From Escherichia phage vB_VIPECOMC06, in the sequence record PQ416618.1: a DNA stretch of 64,000 nucleotides; one strand, 5' to 3'. The notes under the pieces are model-generated. The model worked only from the letters and a program-made list of their open reading frames with translations, made no database searches and was not told the origin of the DNA. The translations under genes were made by a program, and so were the position numbers. Of the stretch, positions 10,032-21,600 are shown piece by piece. The first letter of the stretch is position 1. Each line of letters opens with the position of its first letter.

Positions 10032-11159
10032 TTATTCTGATGCTTCTTTAAATTCTTGTCCAAATACCTTACCAGTATCAGTTGAAGATTGAGTAGGTAA
10101 TGTCATTATGTCTGTGGCACTTAAAGATTCTGAAACATAATTTACACGAATACCATTTATACCAAACTCAGCAGGTTTTGAAACGCTTCCATTATATGAT
10201 ACTTCAGTGAATATAACGTTTCTTAATCCACCTTGCCCGACTGGAGCTGTACGATAACAATAAATCGTGAACCCGTCAGCACCAGCAGGAATTTCTATGT
10301 AGTCTTCATATATCTTCCATTCACCTGCAGCCCCATCAAAGTTTATATCCTTAAATGAAATAGGTGAAGTAGAAGGAGATTTAAAGAAACGAATAGAAAG
10401 TCGTGTCGTCCCTTGTGCTAACAAATCAGCATCGGCCATTAGTTGGAATTTCATATAAAGGAAATCTCCAGGCTTCAATTTATACCCAGCGAGAGGTGTA
10501 ATAAGGGACGTTGTAGGCATCCTTTTAATTTCATTATTAGTACCTCCAACAGCAGATAAAAATGTGTCTGTCGATTCGTACGTACGACTAGGGAAGCCGG
10601 TAGCACCAATATCATCGATCGTGTCGTACACAACATCAAGTGGTGTACTATAGTCGGTTGAAGTTTTCTTATTACTATACTTAATATGTTCTAGTGCTAT
10701 AGCATTCTTACCAGAAATATAAAATGCAGAATAAGAAATGTCCACTATATTTAAAACTTGTTGAGCTAATGGAATAACAGAACTCCCAGCTTTAGTAAAC
10801 CATGCAAGAACTTCAGGTGGAAAGTTCGTTTTAGCGTTAGTAACAAGAGCAAATATAAAATTTGAAGCATATGTGTCCATGAAAGTAACAAATGCACTTG
10901 ACGTGGCGTCGTTTTCAGTAGAGAAATTATATGACTTAGATTCAACTACTGCACCTGTTGTAGGATTTATTACACGAACGTTTAATCCAACGGAAAAAAC
11001 CTGGGACCCAAGTGGATTATCTTGGAACTTAATATAAGCAGGAGATGTTGATAGCGGACAAGAGCCCGCTATACTTAATTTAAATCGTACTGAATTGCTT
11101 TCCGATAAAAATGGCGTTTGGACATATCCTTGTCCAAACTTAGCCATAAATTTTTCCAT
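10032..11159 (-). CDS. 35: Long tail fibre hinge protein gp35
   Basis: 375 aa; size and synteny as T4 gp35. Confidence 0.9.
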   Translation of the reverse strand: MEKFMAKFGQGYVQTPFLSESNSVRFKLSIAGSCPLSTSPAYIKFQDNPLGSQVFSVGLNVRVINPTTGAVVESKSYNFSTENDATSSAFVTFMDTYASNFIFALVTNAKTNFPPEVLAWFTKAGSSVIPLAQQVLNIVDISYSAFYISGKNAIALEHIKYSNKKTSTDYSTPLDVVYDTIDDIGATGFPSRTYESTDTFLSAVGGTNNEIKRMPTTSLITPLAGYKLKPGDFLYMKFQLMADADLLAQGTTRLSIRFFKSPSTSPISFKDINFDGAAGEWKIYEDYIEIPAGADGFTIYCYRTAPVGQGGLRNVIFTEVSYNGSVSKPAEFGINGIRVNYVSESLSATDIMTLPTQSSTDTGKVFGQEFKEASE

Positions 11160-11167
11160 AATACCTC

Positions 11168-14100
11168 TTATTCAACCCATTCAAATTTAACAGATTTATT
11201 CACAGGGTCTGGAATAATGCGGACATTACCAATCCTTAAGAAATCACGAATAGTAAGATTCCCCATTGTAGCATTATCAGATGGTAAAGCGCCAATATCA
11301 GAAGGTTGAGGAGGGTTTCCACCATCAAATACCTGAACAAAACTCGACCAAGAATTTTTAGTTTTCTGCCATGTACGTGTCCAACGGGTTGTACGTGCTT
11401 CTGGAGTTGTTGGATAAGTAATCCAATCTTGGTAAAGCGAATCAAGTGTGTTACCAAACTGAGTCAATGTACCAGGAGATTTAACTTCTTCGCCACGTTC
11501 TAAGTATGGAAGTCCAGTCACTTCATTAGTTTTTTCAACCATTTTAAAATAACCTGGGAACTGGTTATAAGTGGCTGAATCGTTAATATCGATTGACCAG
11601 AATCCTACAGTATCAGATGTTGGTGCACGTGTATATAAATCAGATGTTTTAGTACCTTGAGAACGAATTCTCGAGTTAACCGTTAAACCACCTGAATTTA
11701 TAGTAGCACCTTTAGCAATGATTAAGCTTTCACCAATCGTTACTTGACCAGATGTATTGTTAATAGCTAAAGGACGTAATCCATTAAATCCACCAGTCTG
11801 ATCACCTGATGCAGTAAGCATAAAATAGGTATTAACAGCATCATTACGAATAAAGAATCCGTAATTACCACTAATAGCTCTAAAAGCATTCGATGATTTG
11901 CTGATGAATTCACCATTAGCAGTAACTGAACTACCAAATGTTGCAACGCCGTTCGCGTTCAAAGAACCTGAAGCGTTGACATTTATCGGCATCACAGTAC
12001 CATTGATACTAAACGTTATATTCCCAGCTTTATTGCGTTGAGAATAAAAGTGATTAGACGTTTCATCACCAACTTCAAATACAGTAGAACGTGTTGTATC
12101 TGAACCGCCACCAAACTGATTTCCCCATACACGGATGCTCATTGACTGTGCTGGGTTAGTTCCAGTTTGAGGTCCTTTTTCAAAAATCAGACGAGTTGCT
12201 GTTCCAGCGTTAGAAATAGTTAATGTACTATTTGCCGAAACTGAACCACCAAACGTAGCAGTACTAGATGATACAAGAGGGGCACTCAGATTCGTTTGTT
12301 GGGTTAATGTTAGTGAACCATTAACCGTCTGTGCAATGTCCCTACGAATGAACTGAGATGAATCTAGGCCATCCAATAAATTCGTGTCAGCAGCTTTTGC
12401 TTTTAATGGCAAGTAATTTGCTAATACACGGTTTAATTCATATGGTGATACTGCATAGCTATTTTTCTCATATAGCTCTAAGTTCTGTGTAGAACCGACT
12501 GTATCATTACCAACGAATGTAATTGAACCGGATGAAGTTTTAACGAATCCACGAATTGCTGTAGTAGCAGCCCATGTTGGTTCGTTCTGGACAATCCATT
12601 TTAAATTCTTAGGAGATACAGCAGTGTTCGCTGACGTTCCAGTCACAGTTTCAGTCTGGGTTGCAACCTTGATTACACCTTCAGACGTTTCAGTGGACTT
12701 AGTCCCTAAAAGCTTTTTAGGAGTAATAAGAACATCATCTAAAGTTCCTGCATTAGATTCTGCCTGGGTCGCTACGCGAAGTGTACCACGTTGTGTTTCA
12801 TTTGCTTTAGAAATATCAAGAGTATAATGGTTCCACAAGGTTCCTTCTTCAATAAGTCCGGAATCAGAATTAACACTGGTACGGTCAGAAGAATCAAAAT
12901 GAGTTTTAATTTTCAGTGGAGTCGAGATACGAGTATCATCAGTTCCAGTATCAAATTCAACTTGCGTAGCAATTTCGGCTATGCCGGATAATCCTTCCGT
13001 CGCTCTCCTATCATTTAACGTCTTAGGCGTTACTGCACGTGTATAATCAGTCCCAGCATTAGTTTCTGCTTGCGTAGCAATTTCAATTAAACCAATACGT
13101 CCATCAGTAGAAGTTTTCTTATGTAGTGTTTCAGGAGTTACTACAGCATGAGAGTATCCAGACTGAGATTGTCCAGCAATTACTTCACTATCAATAGCTA
13201 AAATTACTGCACCTTGTTGAGCATACGTTGCTTTATATTGGTCAAGGGCTTTAGGAGAAATAGTTAAATTATTTACGGTTTTATTATAAACGTTAGTGCC
13301 TGCGGCCCCACGAGTTTCGGCAGGAGTAGCAGAAGTAGTCGATACATATTTAACTATACCAGACAGCGTTTCAGAGCCCTGACGTGCCTGTAATTTCTTA
13401 GGCGTAATAATCGTTGTGTCATCAAGACCAGCATCGGTTTCAGTCTGAGTAGCAATTTCAGCAAGACCGCGACGAGTTTCAGTTGCTGTACGCTCATTTA
13501 GTTTTTTAGGCGTAACAATAGTATCGTCCACAAATGATGCTGTGGAGTTCTGGTTAACTTGTGCTGTTGTAGCAATTTTAGCGATACCACGTCGAGCTTC
13601 AGTTGCTGTACGATTTGCCAACGTTTCAGGAGTAATAGCAACTTCTTTAGCCGGAGTATTCTCTAAATCAACATTTGCTTGCGCTTGAGTAGCAAGAGCA
13701 ATAACACCTAAACGAGCTCGTGTAGCATCAGATCCAGCATCAACACGTTCTACCGTAGGGACATTCTGTTGCACAACCCAATAATGAGTGTCAGAATCAG
13801 TGTCTTCGATATACGCTAATTCTAATACAGGAACATATGAAGTAGTGCCATTGAATTCTAGTTCAGTAACAGAGACCCATTGAGCATCAGGTGGATATTC
13901 AGAACGTTTAGGGAACTGAAGTAATGCGACAGAAGAAGCAATTGTATCACCTTCGGCAGCTTTAATTTTTACTGTTTGGCCTTTACGCATGTAGTTCATT
14001 GAAATTTTAACAGTGTCACCACTCAAAATTCCAGTAGGCAGCGTAAGATTAATAGTTCCGGTTGTAGCGTTATTTGTGCCAAAAATAAGAACTTCTTCGT

Positions 14101-15043
14101 TTGGACGAATATTTGAATCTGCACGGATAATACGAAGACGCGATTTCTGGTCGCCTTCCCATATACGCCATAAACTATTTGCAGCATCAAAAACAAAAAA
14201 CGCGTCAGAGTCATTTCTGCCTTCGGCAATATGAGTCCCTACTTCACCAATAGACGTTGTATCATCAAATGTTTTAACAATTGTATGATACAGTGGGTTT
14301 AATCTATCTAAATCGACTAGGCTGATTATATCACCATTGTTAGCATTACGTGGAAGTGTAATGTTGATTGGTGCTGCACTAGTAAAACGACGAACTATAA
14401 AATCATTTGCTTGTGCTTGATATGGTGTCGCAGGTGTAACAGTGATTGATTCTTTACCGTAATCAATGATATACATCTGCCACAAACGATTACTAAACAC
14501 AAACACTAGTTGTGAACGTGGTCGCGTCATTAAAACTGAACGAACTTGTTCGCCTCTAAAGTTTAAAATACTCTGCACAGACGCGTTAATCTGTACTTTA
14601 ACTGTCCCGGTTCTTCCACCAATATCAGCCAAAACAACAGTATCACCATCAACCGGCGCATTTGGCAATGTGAAAACCATATCATTGCCGGCACCGGTGT
14701 TAACCGAAATCGAATCACCTGAAGAAAGTTGATAAGTCCCAGAAGCGACAGTTATCCATTGTGCATCTGTACGAACTGCACGCCATTGTAAAAGGTTAAA
14801 TGTCCCGGAAGGAGACACGATATCATTTATTGCTTGATATAAACGGTTGTCATAAAGAACAACAAATCCTTTGTTATATCCACGCGTAGAATCATATACT
14901 TGAACGGTGTTTTCTTGTACCAGGAAGTCAACGTTTACGCCATCAGTACCTACTGTACGGTCGGCTAATGCTACGTTAACAATCTTGTCGCCACCGGCGT
15001 CCAGACCGTCTTCGGCTCTGAACTTACGTTTGATGTCGGCCAT
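11168..15043 (-). CDS. 34: Long tail fibre proximal subunit gp34
   Basis: 1291 aa; MADIKRKFRAEDGLDAGGDKIVNV…; internal TPK(K/T)L…ATE…G…IAT repeats. Confidence 0.95.
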   Translation of the reverse strand: MADIKRKFRAEDGLDAGGDKIVNVALADRTVGTDGVNVDFLVQENTVQVYDSTRGYNKGFVVLYDNRLYQAINDIVSPSGTFNLLQWRAVRTDAQWITVASGTYQLSSGDSISVNTGAGNDMVFTLPNAPVDGDTVVLADIGGRTGTVKVQINASVQSILNFRGEQVRSVLMTRPRSQLVFVFSNRLWQMYIIDYGKESITVTPATPYQAQANDFIVRRFTSAAPINITLPRNANNGDIISLVDLDRLNPLYHTIVKTFDDTTSIGEVGTHIAEGRNDSDAFFVFDAANSLWRIWEGDQKSRLRIIRADSNIRPNEEVLIFGTNNATTGTINLTLPTGILSGDTVKISMNYMRKGQTVKIKAAEGDTIASSVALLQFPKRSEYPPDAQWVSVTELEFNGTTSYVPVLELAYIEDTDSDTHYWVVQQNVPTVERVDAGSDATRARLGVIALATQAQANVDLENTPAKEVAITPETLANRTATEARRGIAKIATTAQVNQNSTASFVDDTIVTPKKLNERTATETRRGLAEIATQTETDAGLDDTTIITPKKLQARQGSETLSGIVKYVSTTSATPAETRGAAGTNVYNKTVNNLTISPKALDQYKATYAQQGAVILAIDSEVIAGQSQSGYSHAVVTPETLHKKTSTDGRIGLIEIATQAETNAGTDYTRAVTPKTLNDRRATEGLSGIAEIATQVEFDTGTDDTRISTPLKIKTHFDSSDRTSVNSDSGLIEEGTLWNHYTLDISKANETQRGTLRVATQAESNAGTLDDVLITPKKLLGTKSTETSEGVIKVATQTETVTGTSANTAVSPKNLKWIVQNEPTWAATTAIRGFVKTSSGSITFVGNDTVGSTQNLELYEKNSYAVSPYELNRVLANYLPLKAKAADTNLLDGLDSSQFIRRDIAQTVNGSLTLTQQTNLSAPLVSSSTATFGGSVSANSTLTISNAGTATRLIFEKGPQTGTNPAQSMSIRVWGNQFGGGSDTTRSTVFEVGDETSNHFYSQRNKAGNITFSINGTVMPINVNASGSLNANGVATFGSSVTANGEFISKSSNAFRAISGNYGFFIRNDAVNTYFMLTASGDQTGGFNGLRPLAINNTSGQVTIGESLIIAKGATINSGGLTVNSRIRSQGTKTSDLYTRAPTSDTVGFWSIDINDSATYNQFPGYFKMVEKTNEVTGLPYLERGEEVKSPGTLTQFGNTLDSLYQDWITYPTTPEARTTRWTRTWQKTKNSWSSFVQVFDGGNPPQPSDIGALPSDNATMGNLTIRDFLRIGNVRIIPDPVNKSVKFEWVE
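12950..13750 (-). repeat. Diverged in-frame repeats in gp34 (about 28-aa units TPK(K/T)L-x-RTATE-x-(R/S)G-IA-(E/K)IAT-Q)
   Basis: At least six copies of the motif visible in the gp34 translation. Confidence 0.6.
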
Positions 15044-15073
15044 TCGTTTTTCCTTTATTGTTTCAATAATACT

Positions 15074-15081
15074 TATTTATA
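15074..15081 (-). promoter_or_regulatory. Late promoter for gene 34
   Basis: TATAAATA on minus strand about 31 nt upstream of gp34 start. Confidence 0.7.
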
Positions 15082-15084
15082 CCA

Positions 15085-15118
15085 GTTTACGCTTTCAAAT
15101 GAGTATGTTACTATAGAC
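15085..15118 (+). promoter_or_regulatory. Early promoter upstream of rnh
   Basis: GTTTAC … GTTACTATAGAC. Confidence 0.65.
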
Positions 15119-15146
15119 AAGTTGACTAACTGAACAAGAGGTTCAT

Positions 15147-16064
15147 ATGGATTTAGAAATGATGTTGGATGAAGATTACAAAGAAGGTATTGCACTTGCC
15201 GACTTTAGTAACATTGCATTGGCAGCTGCATTAAACAACTTTGAAGACGGCGATAAAATTACTGTTCCGATGGTTCGCCATGTAATCTTGAATTCAATTC
15301 GTAAAAACGTAGTGATGTTCCGTAAGCAAGGCTATACAAAATTTGTATTGTGTATGGATAATGCTACTTCAGGTTATTGGCGTCGTGACTTTGCTTACTA
15401 TTACAAGAAAAATCGTAAAACCGATCGTGAAGCTTCAAAGTGGGATTGGGAAGGATATTTTACTGCACTCCGTCAAGTTGTTGATGAGATTAAGAAATAC
15501 ATGCCATACGTTGTAATGGATATTGACAAGTATGAAGCGGATGACCATATCGGTGTATTAACTAAATATTTGTCATTAGCTGGACATAAGGTATGTATTG
15601 TTGCATCAGATGGTGACTTTACACAATTACACAAATATCCTAACGTTAAACAGTGGTCGCCACCACAGAAAAAATGGGTTAAAATTAAGAACGGTTCTGC
15701 TGAAATTGATTGCATGACTAAAATTCTTAAAGGTGACCGTAAAGACGGCGTTGCATCTGTTCGAGTTCGTGGCGACTTCTGGTTTACCAGAGTTGATGGT
15801 GAACGAACTCCGAGCATGAAAACAACGATTATTGAAGCAATTGCCAATGACCGTTCTCAAGCTGAAGTATTATTAAGTGCGGAAGAATATAAACGGTATC
15901 AAGAAAATTTGGTTCTCATTGATTTTGATTATATCCCTGATAATATTGCTTCAACCATTATAGAGTATTATAACTCATATAAACCACAACCTAAAGGCAA
16001 GATTTATTCATACTTTGTAAAATCTGGTCTTTCTAAATTAACAAGTGTAATTAATGAATTCTGA
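15147..16064 (+). CDS. rnh: RNase H (5'-3' exonuclease/flap endonuclease)
   Basis: 305 aa; MDLEMMLDEDYKEGIALADF… matches T4 Rnh. Confidence 0.95.
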   Translation: MDLEMMLDEDYKEGIALADFSNIALAAALNNFEDGDKITVPMVRHVILNSIRKNVVMFRKQGYTKFVLCMDNATSGYWRRDFAYYYKKNRKTDREASKWDWEGYFTALRQVVDEIKKYMPYVVMDIDKYEADDHIGVLTKYLSLAGHKVCIVASDGDFTQLHKYPNVKQWSPPQKKWVKIKNGSAEIDCMTKILKGDRKDGVASVRVRGDFWFTRVDGERTPSMKTTIIEAIANDRSQAEVLLSAEEYKRYQENLVLIDFDYIPDNIASTIIEYYNSYKPQPKGKIYSYFVKSGLSKLTSVINEF

Positions 16065-16071
16065 GGTAAAC

Positions 16072-16341
16072 ATGGCTAAGAAAGAAGCAGTTGAATTTAA
16101 TCAAGATGTGCATGGTGAAGAACTGGCTAAACTAGTCAAGGAAGCTTCCGATAACAAACTTAAAATTTCTGGTTATAATGAACTGATTAAAGACATTCGT
16201 ACTCGTGCTAAAGAAGAGCTTGGCGTCGATGGAAAAATGTTTAATCGTTTGTTAGCTCTTTATCATAAAGATGCTCGTGATCAATTTGAAGCTGAAAACG
16301 AAGAGGTAGTCGAGCTTTATGACACAGTTTTCACTAAGTGA
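16072..16341 (+). CDS. dsbA: dsDNA-binding protein DsbA (late transcription)
   Basis: ATG at 16072 with GAGGT RBS gives 89 aa MAKKEAVEF… matching T4 DsbA; track start 16054 is probably too far upstream. Confidence 0.9.
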   Translation: MAKKEAVEFNQDVHGEELAKLVKEASDNKLKISGYNELIKDIRTRAKEELGVDGKMFNRLLALYHKDARDQFEAENEEVVELYDTVFTK

Positions 16342-16657
16342 TATTAAACCGGTTGATGAGGCCGGTTTATCTGAACAAGAATTAGCGGTAAAACACGATA
16401 AAGATGATATCGCTAAATTGCTTGACCGACAAGAAAACGGATTCATTATCGAATCCATGGTTGAACAATTTGGTATGTCTTATTTAGAAGCAACAACTGC
16501 TTTCTTGGAAGAAAATTCTATTCCAGAAACACAATTTGCTAAATTTATTCCTACAGGAATTGTTGAAAAAATTACAAGCGAAGCAATTGATGAAAACATG
16601 CTTCGCCCATCAGTTGCTCGTGGTGAAAAAACTAATACGTTAGATTTCTTATTATGA
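16319..16657 (+). CDS. 33: Late transcription co-activator gp33
   Basis: 112 aa; MTQFSL…ENSIPETQFAKFIP…KTNTLDFLL matches T4 gp33. Confidence 0.9.
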   Translation: MTQFSLSDIKPVDEAGLSEQELAVKHDKDDIAKLLDRQENGFIIESMVEQFGMSYLEATTAFLEENSIPETQFAKFIPTGIVEKITSEAIDENMLRPSVARGEKTNTLDFLL

Positions 16658-17337
16658 AATACGTTGTGTATAAAACTACCAATAAAATAAATGGTAAAAT
16701 TTATATAGGCGTACACAAAAAACATAAAGAGAAAGATTGGTATATTGGGTCTGGCCGCGCTATATTAGCGGCCAAAGCTAAATACGGACTAAAAAATTTT
16801 TATACTGAAGTTCTTTATGAATATGATAATGACAAGGACGCCTATAAAAAAGAAGCAGAATTGGTTAATGAAGATTTTGTTTTGCGAACTGATACTTATA
16901 ACCTGGTTCCAGGTGGTAAAGGTGGCCCTGGTAAAAAACAAAGTGATGAAGCTAAAAGGGCTATTTCACTTTCTAAAATAGGGAAACCTAGATCTGAAGA
17001 GACTAAGGCTAAAGTATCTAAAACCAGATTAGAAAGAAAAATACCATCACCTAATAAGGGTAAGAAACTATCTGAAGCTCATAAATTAGCTTTGAGTAAA
17101 GTCCGAAAAGGGCGAAAAACGAATAAGCCGATGCCTGATTCAACCAAAGAAGCTCTTAGAATAGCAAATTCAAAGCCGCATTCTAAAGAAAGAACTATTA
17201 AAAAACAAAAACCTATAATTATTGATGGTATAAAATACTCATCATGTACAGAAGTTTCGGATGTTTTTAATATTTCTGCATCTCTAGTTACGTATAGACT
17301 TAAATCTTCAAAATGGCCTGGATGGAACTATGATTAA
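16654..17337 (+). CDS. Free-standing GIY-YIG homing endonuclease (Seg-like)
   Basis: 227 aa; N-terminal GIY-YIG motifs (GKIYIG … WYIGSG), central basic repeats (NUMOD-like), C-terminal HTH-like region; inserted between 33 and 59 with overlapping stop/start at both ends. Confidence 0.85.
   Translation: MKYVVYKTTNKINGKIYIGVHKKHKEKDWYIGSGRAILAAKAKYGLKNFYTEVLYEYDNDKDAYKKEAELVNEDFVLRTDTYNLVPGGKGGPGKKQSDEAKRAISLSKIGKPRSEETKAKVSKTRLERKIPSPNKGKKLSEAHKLALSKVRKGRKTNKPMPDSTKEALRIANSKPHSKERTIKKQKPIIIDGIKYSSCTEVSDVFNISASLVTYRLKSSKWPGWNYD
16654..17337 (+). mobile_element. Putative homing endonuclease gene insertion between genes 33 and 59
   Basis: Seg-type GIY-YIG ORF at a junction that I recall as directly adjacent in T4. 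Confidence 0.5.
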
Positions 17338-17983
17338 AATACGCATGCCTCCTGACGGAGAACGTTATATTAATGGTAAATCAGTATATAAACTATACTT
17401 GATGTGCAAAAACCACTTTGGTGGTCGGTATGACGTAATCAAATATAACTGGTGCATGCGTGTTTCGGATAATGCGTATCAAAAACGCCGAGATAAATAT
17501 TTCTTTGAAAAACTAGCAGAGAAATATAAATTGAAGGAACTCACCTTGATATTTATAAGCAACTTAGTTGCTAACCAAGACGCATGGATTGGTGAGATAT
17601 CAGACGCTGATGCATTAGTTTTCTATAGGGAATATATTGGACGTCTCAAACAAGCCAAGGAGACGTTTGCTGAAGATGTACGTAACATCTACTATTTCAG
17701 TAAGAAAGTGGAAGTTAGTGCGCTTCAAGAGATATTTGATTATAATAACAACGTTCAGTCGAGCTACATATTCAAATTGCTACAAAGCAATATAATTTCA
17801 TTTGAGACTTTCTTATTGTTGGACTCATTTTTGAATATTATAGATAAGCACGACGAACTTACTGACAATTTGGTCTGGCAAAATTATTCTACCAAATTAA
17901 AGGCATATCGAAAAATACTTCAAATCGATGGAAATGCTGCTAAGAAATTGTTCATAGAAACAATCAAATCATGTAGGTATTAA
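17330..17983 (+). CDS. 59: Helicase loader gp59
   Basis: 217 aa; MIKIRMPPDGERYINGKSVYKLYLM… matches T4 gp59. Confidence 0.95.
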   Translation: MIKIRMPPDGERYINGKSVYKLYLMCKNHFGGRYDVIKYNWCMRVSDNAYQKRRDKYFFEKLAEKYKLKELTLIFISNLVANQDAWIGEISDADALVFYREYIGRLKQAKETFAEDVRNIYYFSKKVEVSALQEIFDYNNNVQSSYIFKLLQSNIISFETFLLLDSFLNIIDKHDELTDNLVWQNYSTKLKAYRKILQIDGNAAKKLFIETIKSCRY

Positions 17984-18012
17984 GCTTTATTTCTTGTGTG
18001 TTAAAATTACTT

Positions 18013-18020
18013 TATAAATA
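18013..18020 (+). promoter_or_regulatory. Late promoter upstream of gene 32
   Basis: TATAAATA on plus strand in the gene 32 leader. Confidence 0.55.
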
Positions 18021-18030
18021 AATCATACCA

Positions 18031-18100
18031 GCTACGAGGTATAAGTGTCGTAGCAACCAACTGTAAATAAATTAAATAATCTAAATAAAGGTAATAATCC
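18031..18100 (+). promoter_or_regulatory. Gene 32 mRNA leader: hairpin/pseudoknot-like element plus AU-rich unstructured tract (candidate translational operator)
   Basis: Inverted repeat GCTACGA…TCGTAGC followed by an A/U-rich run (AAATAAATTAAATAATCTAAATAAAGG) reaching the RBS. Confidence 0.5.
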
Positions 18101-19000
18101 ATGTTTAAACGTAAATCTACTGCTGACCTCGCTGCTCAAATGGCTAAACTGAATGGTAACAAAGGTTTCTCTTCAGAAGATAAAGGCGAATGGAAGCTGA
18201 AACTCGATGCATCTGGTAATGGTCAAGCGGTAATTCGTTTCTTGCCAGCAAAAACTGATGATGCACTACCATTTGCAATTCTTGTTAACCACGGTTTCAA
18301 GAAAAACGGTAAATGGTATATTGAAAATTGCTCTTCTACACATGGTGATTATGACTCTTGTCCTGTATGTCAGTACATTAGTAAAAATGACCTGTACAAT
18401 ACTAACAAAACTGAATATTCTCAACTGAAACGTAAAACTTCTTATTGGGCTAATATTCTGGTTGTTAAAGACCCTCAAGCTCCAGATAACGAAGGTAAAG
18501 TATTTAAATATCGTTTCGGTAAAAAGATTTGGGACAAAATTAATGCAATGATTGCAGTTGATACTGAAATGGGTGAAACTCCAGTTGATGTTACTTGCCC
18601 GTTTGAAGGTGCTAACTTCGTTCTTAAAGCTAAGCAGGTTTCTGGTTTTAGCAACTATGACGAATCTAAATTCTTGGGTCAATCTGAAATTCCTCGTATT
18701 AATGACGAAGCATTCCAGAAAGAACTATATGACCAGATGGTAGACCTTACTACTTTGACGGCTAAAGACCAGTTCAAATCCTTTGAAAAATTAAATGAAT
18801 CTTTCGCTAAGGTTCTTGGTACTGCCGCTCTTGGTGGTGCAGCAGCCGCAGCAGCTTCTGTTGCTGATAAAGTTGCTTCTGACCTTGACGATTTTGATAA
18901 AGACATGGAAGCCTTTAGTTCTGCAAAAACTGAAGATGACTTCATGAGTTCCTCGTCTTCTGACGATGGCGACCTCGATGACCTGTTAGCTGGTCTATAA
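18101..19000 (+). CDS. 32: ssDNA-binding protein gp32
   Basis: 299 aa; [23 protein letters not shown]… with acidic C-terminus; matches T4 gp32. Confidence 0.95.
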   Translation: MFKRKSTADLAAQMAKLNGNKGFSSEDKGEWKLKLDASGNGQAVIRFLPAKTDDALPFAILVNHGFKKNGKWYIENCSSTHGDYDSCPVCQYISKNDLYNTNKTEYSQLKRKTSYWANILVVKDPQAPDNEGKVFKYRFGKKIWDKINAMIAVDTEMGETPVDVTCPFEGANFVLKAKQVSGFSNYDESKFLGQSEIPRINDEAFQKELYDQMVDLTTLTAKDQFKSFEKLNESFAKVLGTAALGGAAAAAASVADKVASDLDDFDKDMEAFSSAKTEDDFMSSSSSDDGDLDDLLAGL

Positions 19001-19007
19001 TAAATTG

Positions 19008-19029
19008 GGAGACTTCGGTCTCCCTTTTG
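19008..19029 (+). terminator. Intrinsic terminator after gene 32
   Basis: GGGAGACTTCGGTCTCCC + TTTT. Confidence 0.7.
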
Positions 19030-19055
19030 AGTATCTGTAAATTGCCGAAAAAGTT

Positions 19056-19088
19056 GTTTACTTTTCCTTTAAACATGATACTATAGAC
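19056..19088 (+). promoter_or_regulatory. Early promoter upstream of ORF 19114
   Basis: GTTTAC … GATACTATAGAC. Confidence 0.65.
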
Positions 19089-19113
19089 TTATCAACAACA
19101 TGAGGAAATCAAA

Positions 19114-19500
19114 ATGGAAATCGGAAAATCTTATATCATTAACCCTTTATTTAAAGACGACTTTGCTAACGAGTGCCGTTGCAATGCAATGATGCTAAAT
19201 TTAATAGAGAAGCACGGACCTAGTTTTGTTGTAGATGAAATGGAAAGTGATGATTGTGCTGGTGACTGTGTGGTACGTGTAACTATGGAAGACGGCACTG
19301 AATACATGGCCGGTGGCCCACTTGAGACGTATTTTGAGATTTACTCTGAAGAATTCAAATACTTTACTGAGGTAACTTTAGAAAAGCCTCAACCTACTAA
19401 CGAAGGTATAACTTTAGGTGTAACAAAAATCCATTGTATCGTAGATGAAACCAACGTCGACGAAATCATCAAACTTTTGCAAAAAACTTTTAAAAAGTAG
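19114..19500 (+). CDS. Hypothetical early protein (frd.x position)
   Basis: 128-aa ORF with GAGGAAA RBS and early promoter upstream. Confidence 0.6.
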   Translation: MEIGKSYIINPLFKDDFANECRCNAMMLNLIEKHGPSFVVDEMESDDCAGDCVVRVTMEDGTEYMAGGPLETYFEIYSEEFKYFTEVTLEKPQPTNEGITLGVTKIHCIVDETNVDEIIKLLQKTFKK

Positions 19501-19538
19501 TTTACAACAAGATAGGGCTATGTTATAGTAGCCCTATC
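19500..19538 (+). promoter_or_regulatory. Early promoter with stem-loop (PeSL-like) upstream of ORF 19562
   Basis: GTTTAC -35; -10 TGTTATAGTA flanked by perfect 10-bp inverted repeat GATAGGGCTA / TAGCCCTATC. Confidence 0.65.
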
Positions 19539-19561
19539 AAATAAAAGTGAAGGAGAATAAA

Positions 19562-21257
<1,696 letters not shown>

Positions 21258-21258
21258 A

Positions 21259-21513
21259 ATGATTTTACGTTTTATTAATTCATATGGCACCACAATTTTT
21301 GAAATGAAAAATCCTACCGAACTGGATATCCCTTCACCGAATAGTGAAATCACAGTTAAAGGTGAACGATTCATTTGTTATTCACATGAACGAATTTATG
21401 AATATCGTGAATTTTGTGGTGGCTACGGCATGGAAAAAGAACCGTTGGTTTATTTCGATATCACGGTCTTGACACCTAAAGAATACGAAGAAATTATTGC
21501 TGAGGATAATTAA
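21259..21513 (+). CDS. Hypothetical protein, 84 aa
   Basis: ORF immediately after td. Confidence 0.55.
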   Translation: MILRFINSYGTTIFEMKNPTELDIPSPNSEITVKGERFICYSHERIYEYREFCGGYGMEKEPLVYFDITVLTPKEYEEIIAEDN

Positions 21514-21565
21514 CGCTTCAGTTTAAAAGTGTATAATAAATTAACGGGATAAATACTATCCCGTT
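21514..21565 (+). promoter_or_regulatory. Putative promoter and leader hairpin upstream of nrdA
   Basis: CGCTTCA … GTGTATAAT, then hairpin AACGGGA…TCCCGTT. Confidence 0.4.
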
Positions 21566-21600
21566 TGGAGTAATGTCTATCAACCTATACTGAGGAATAT

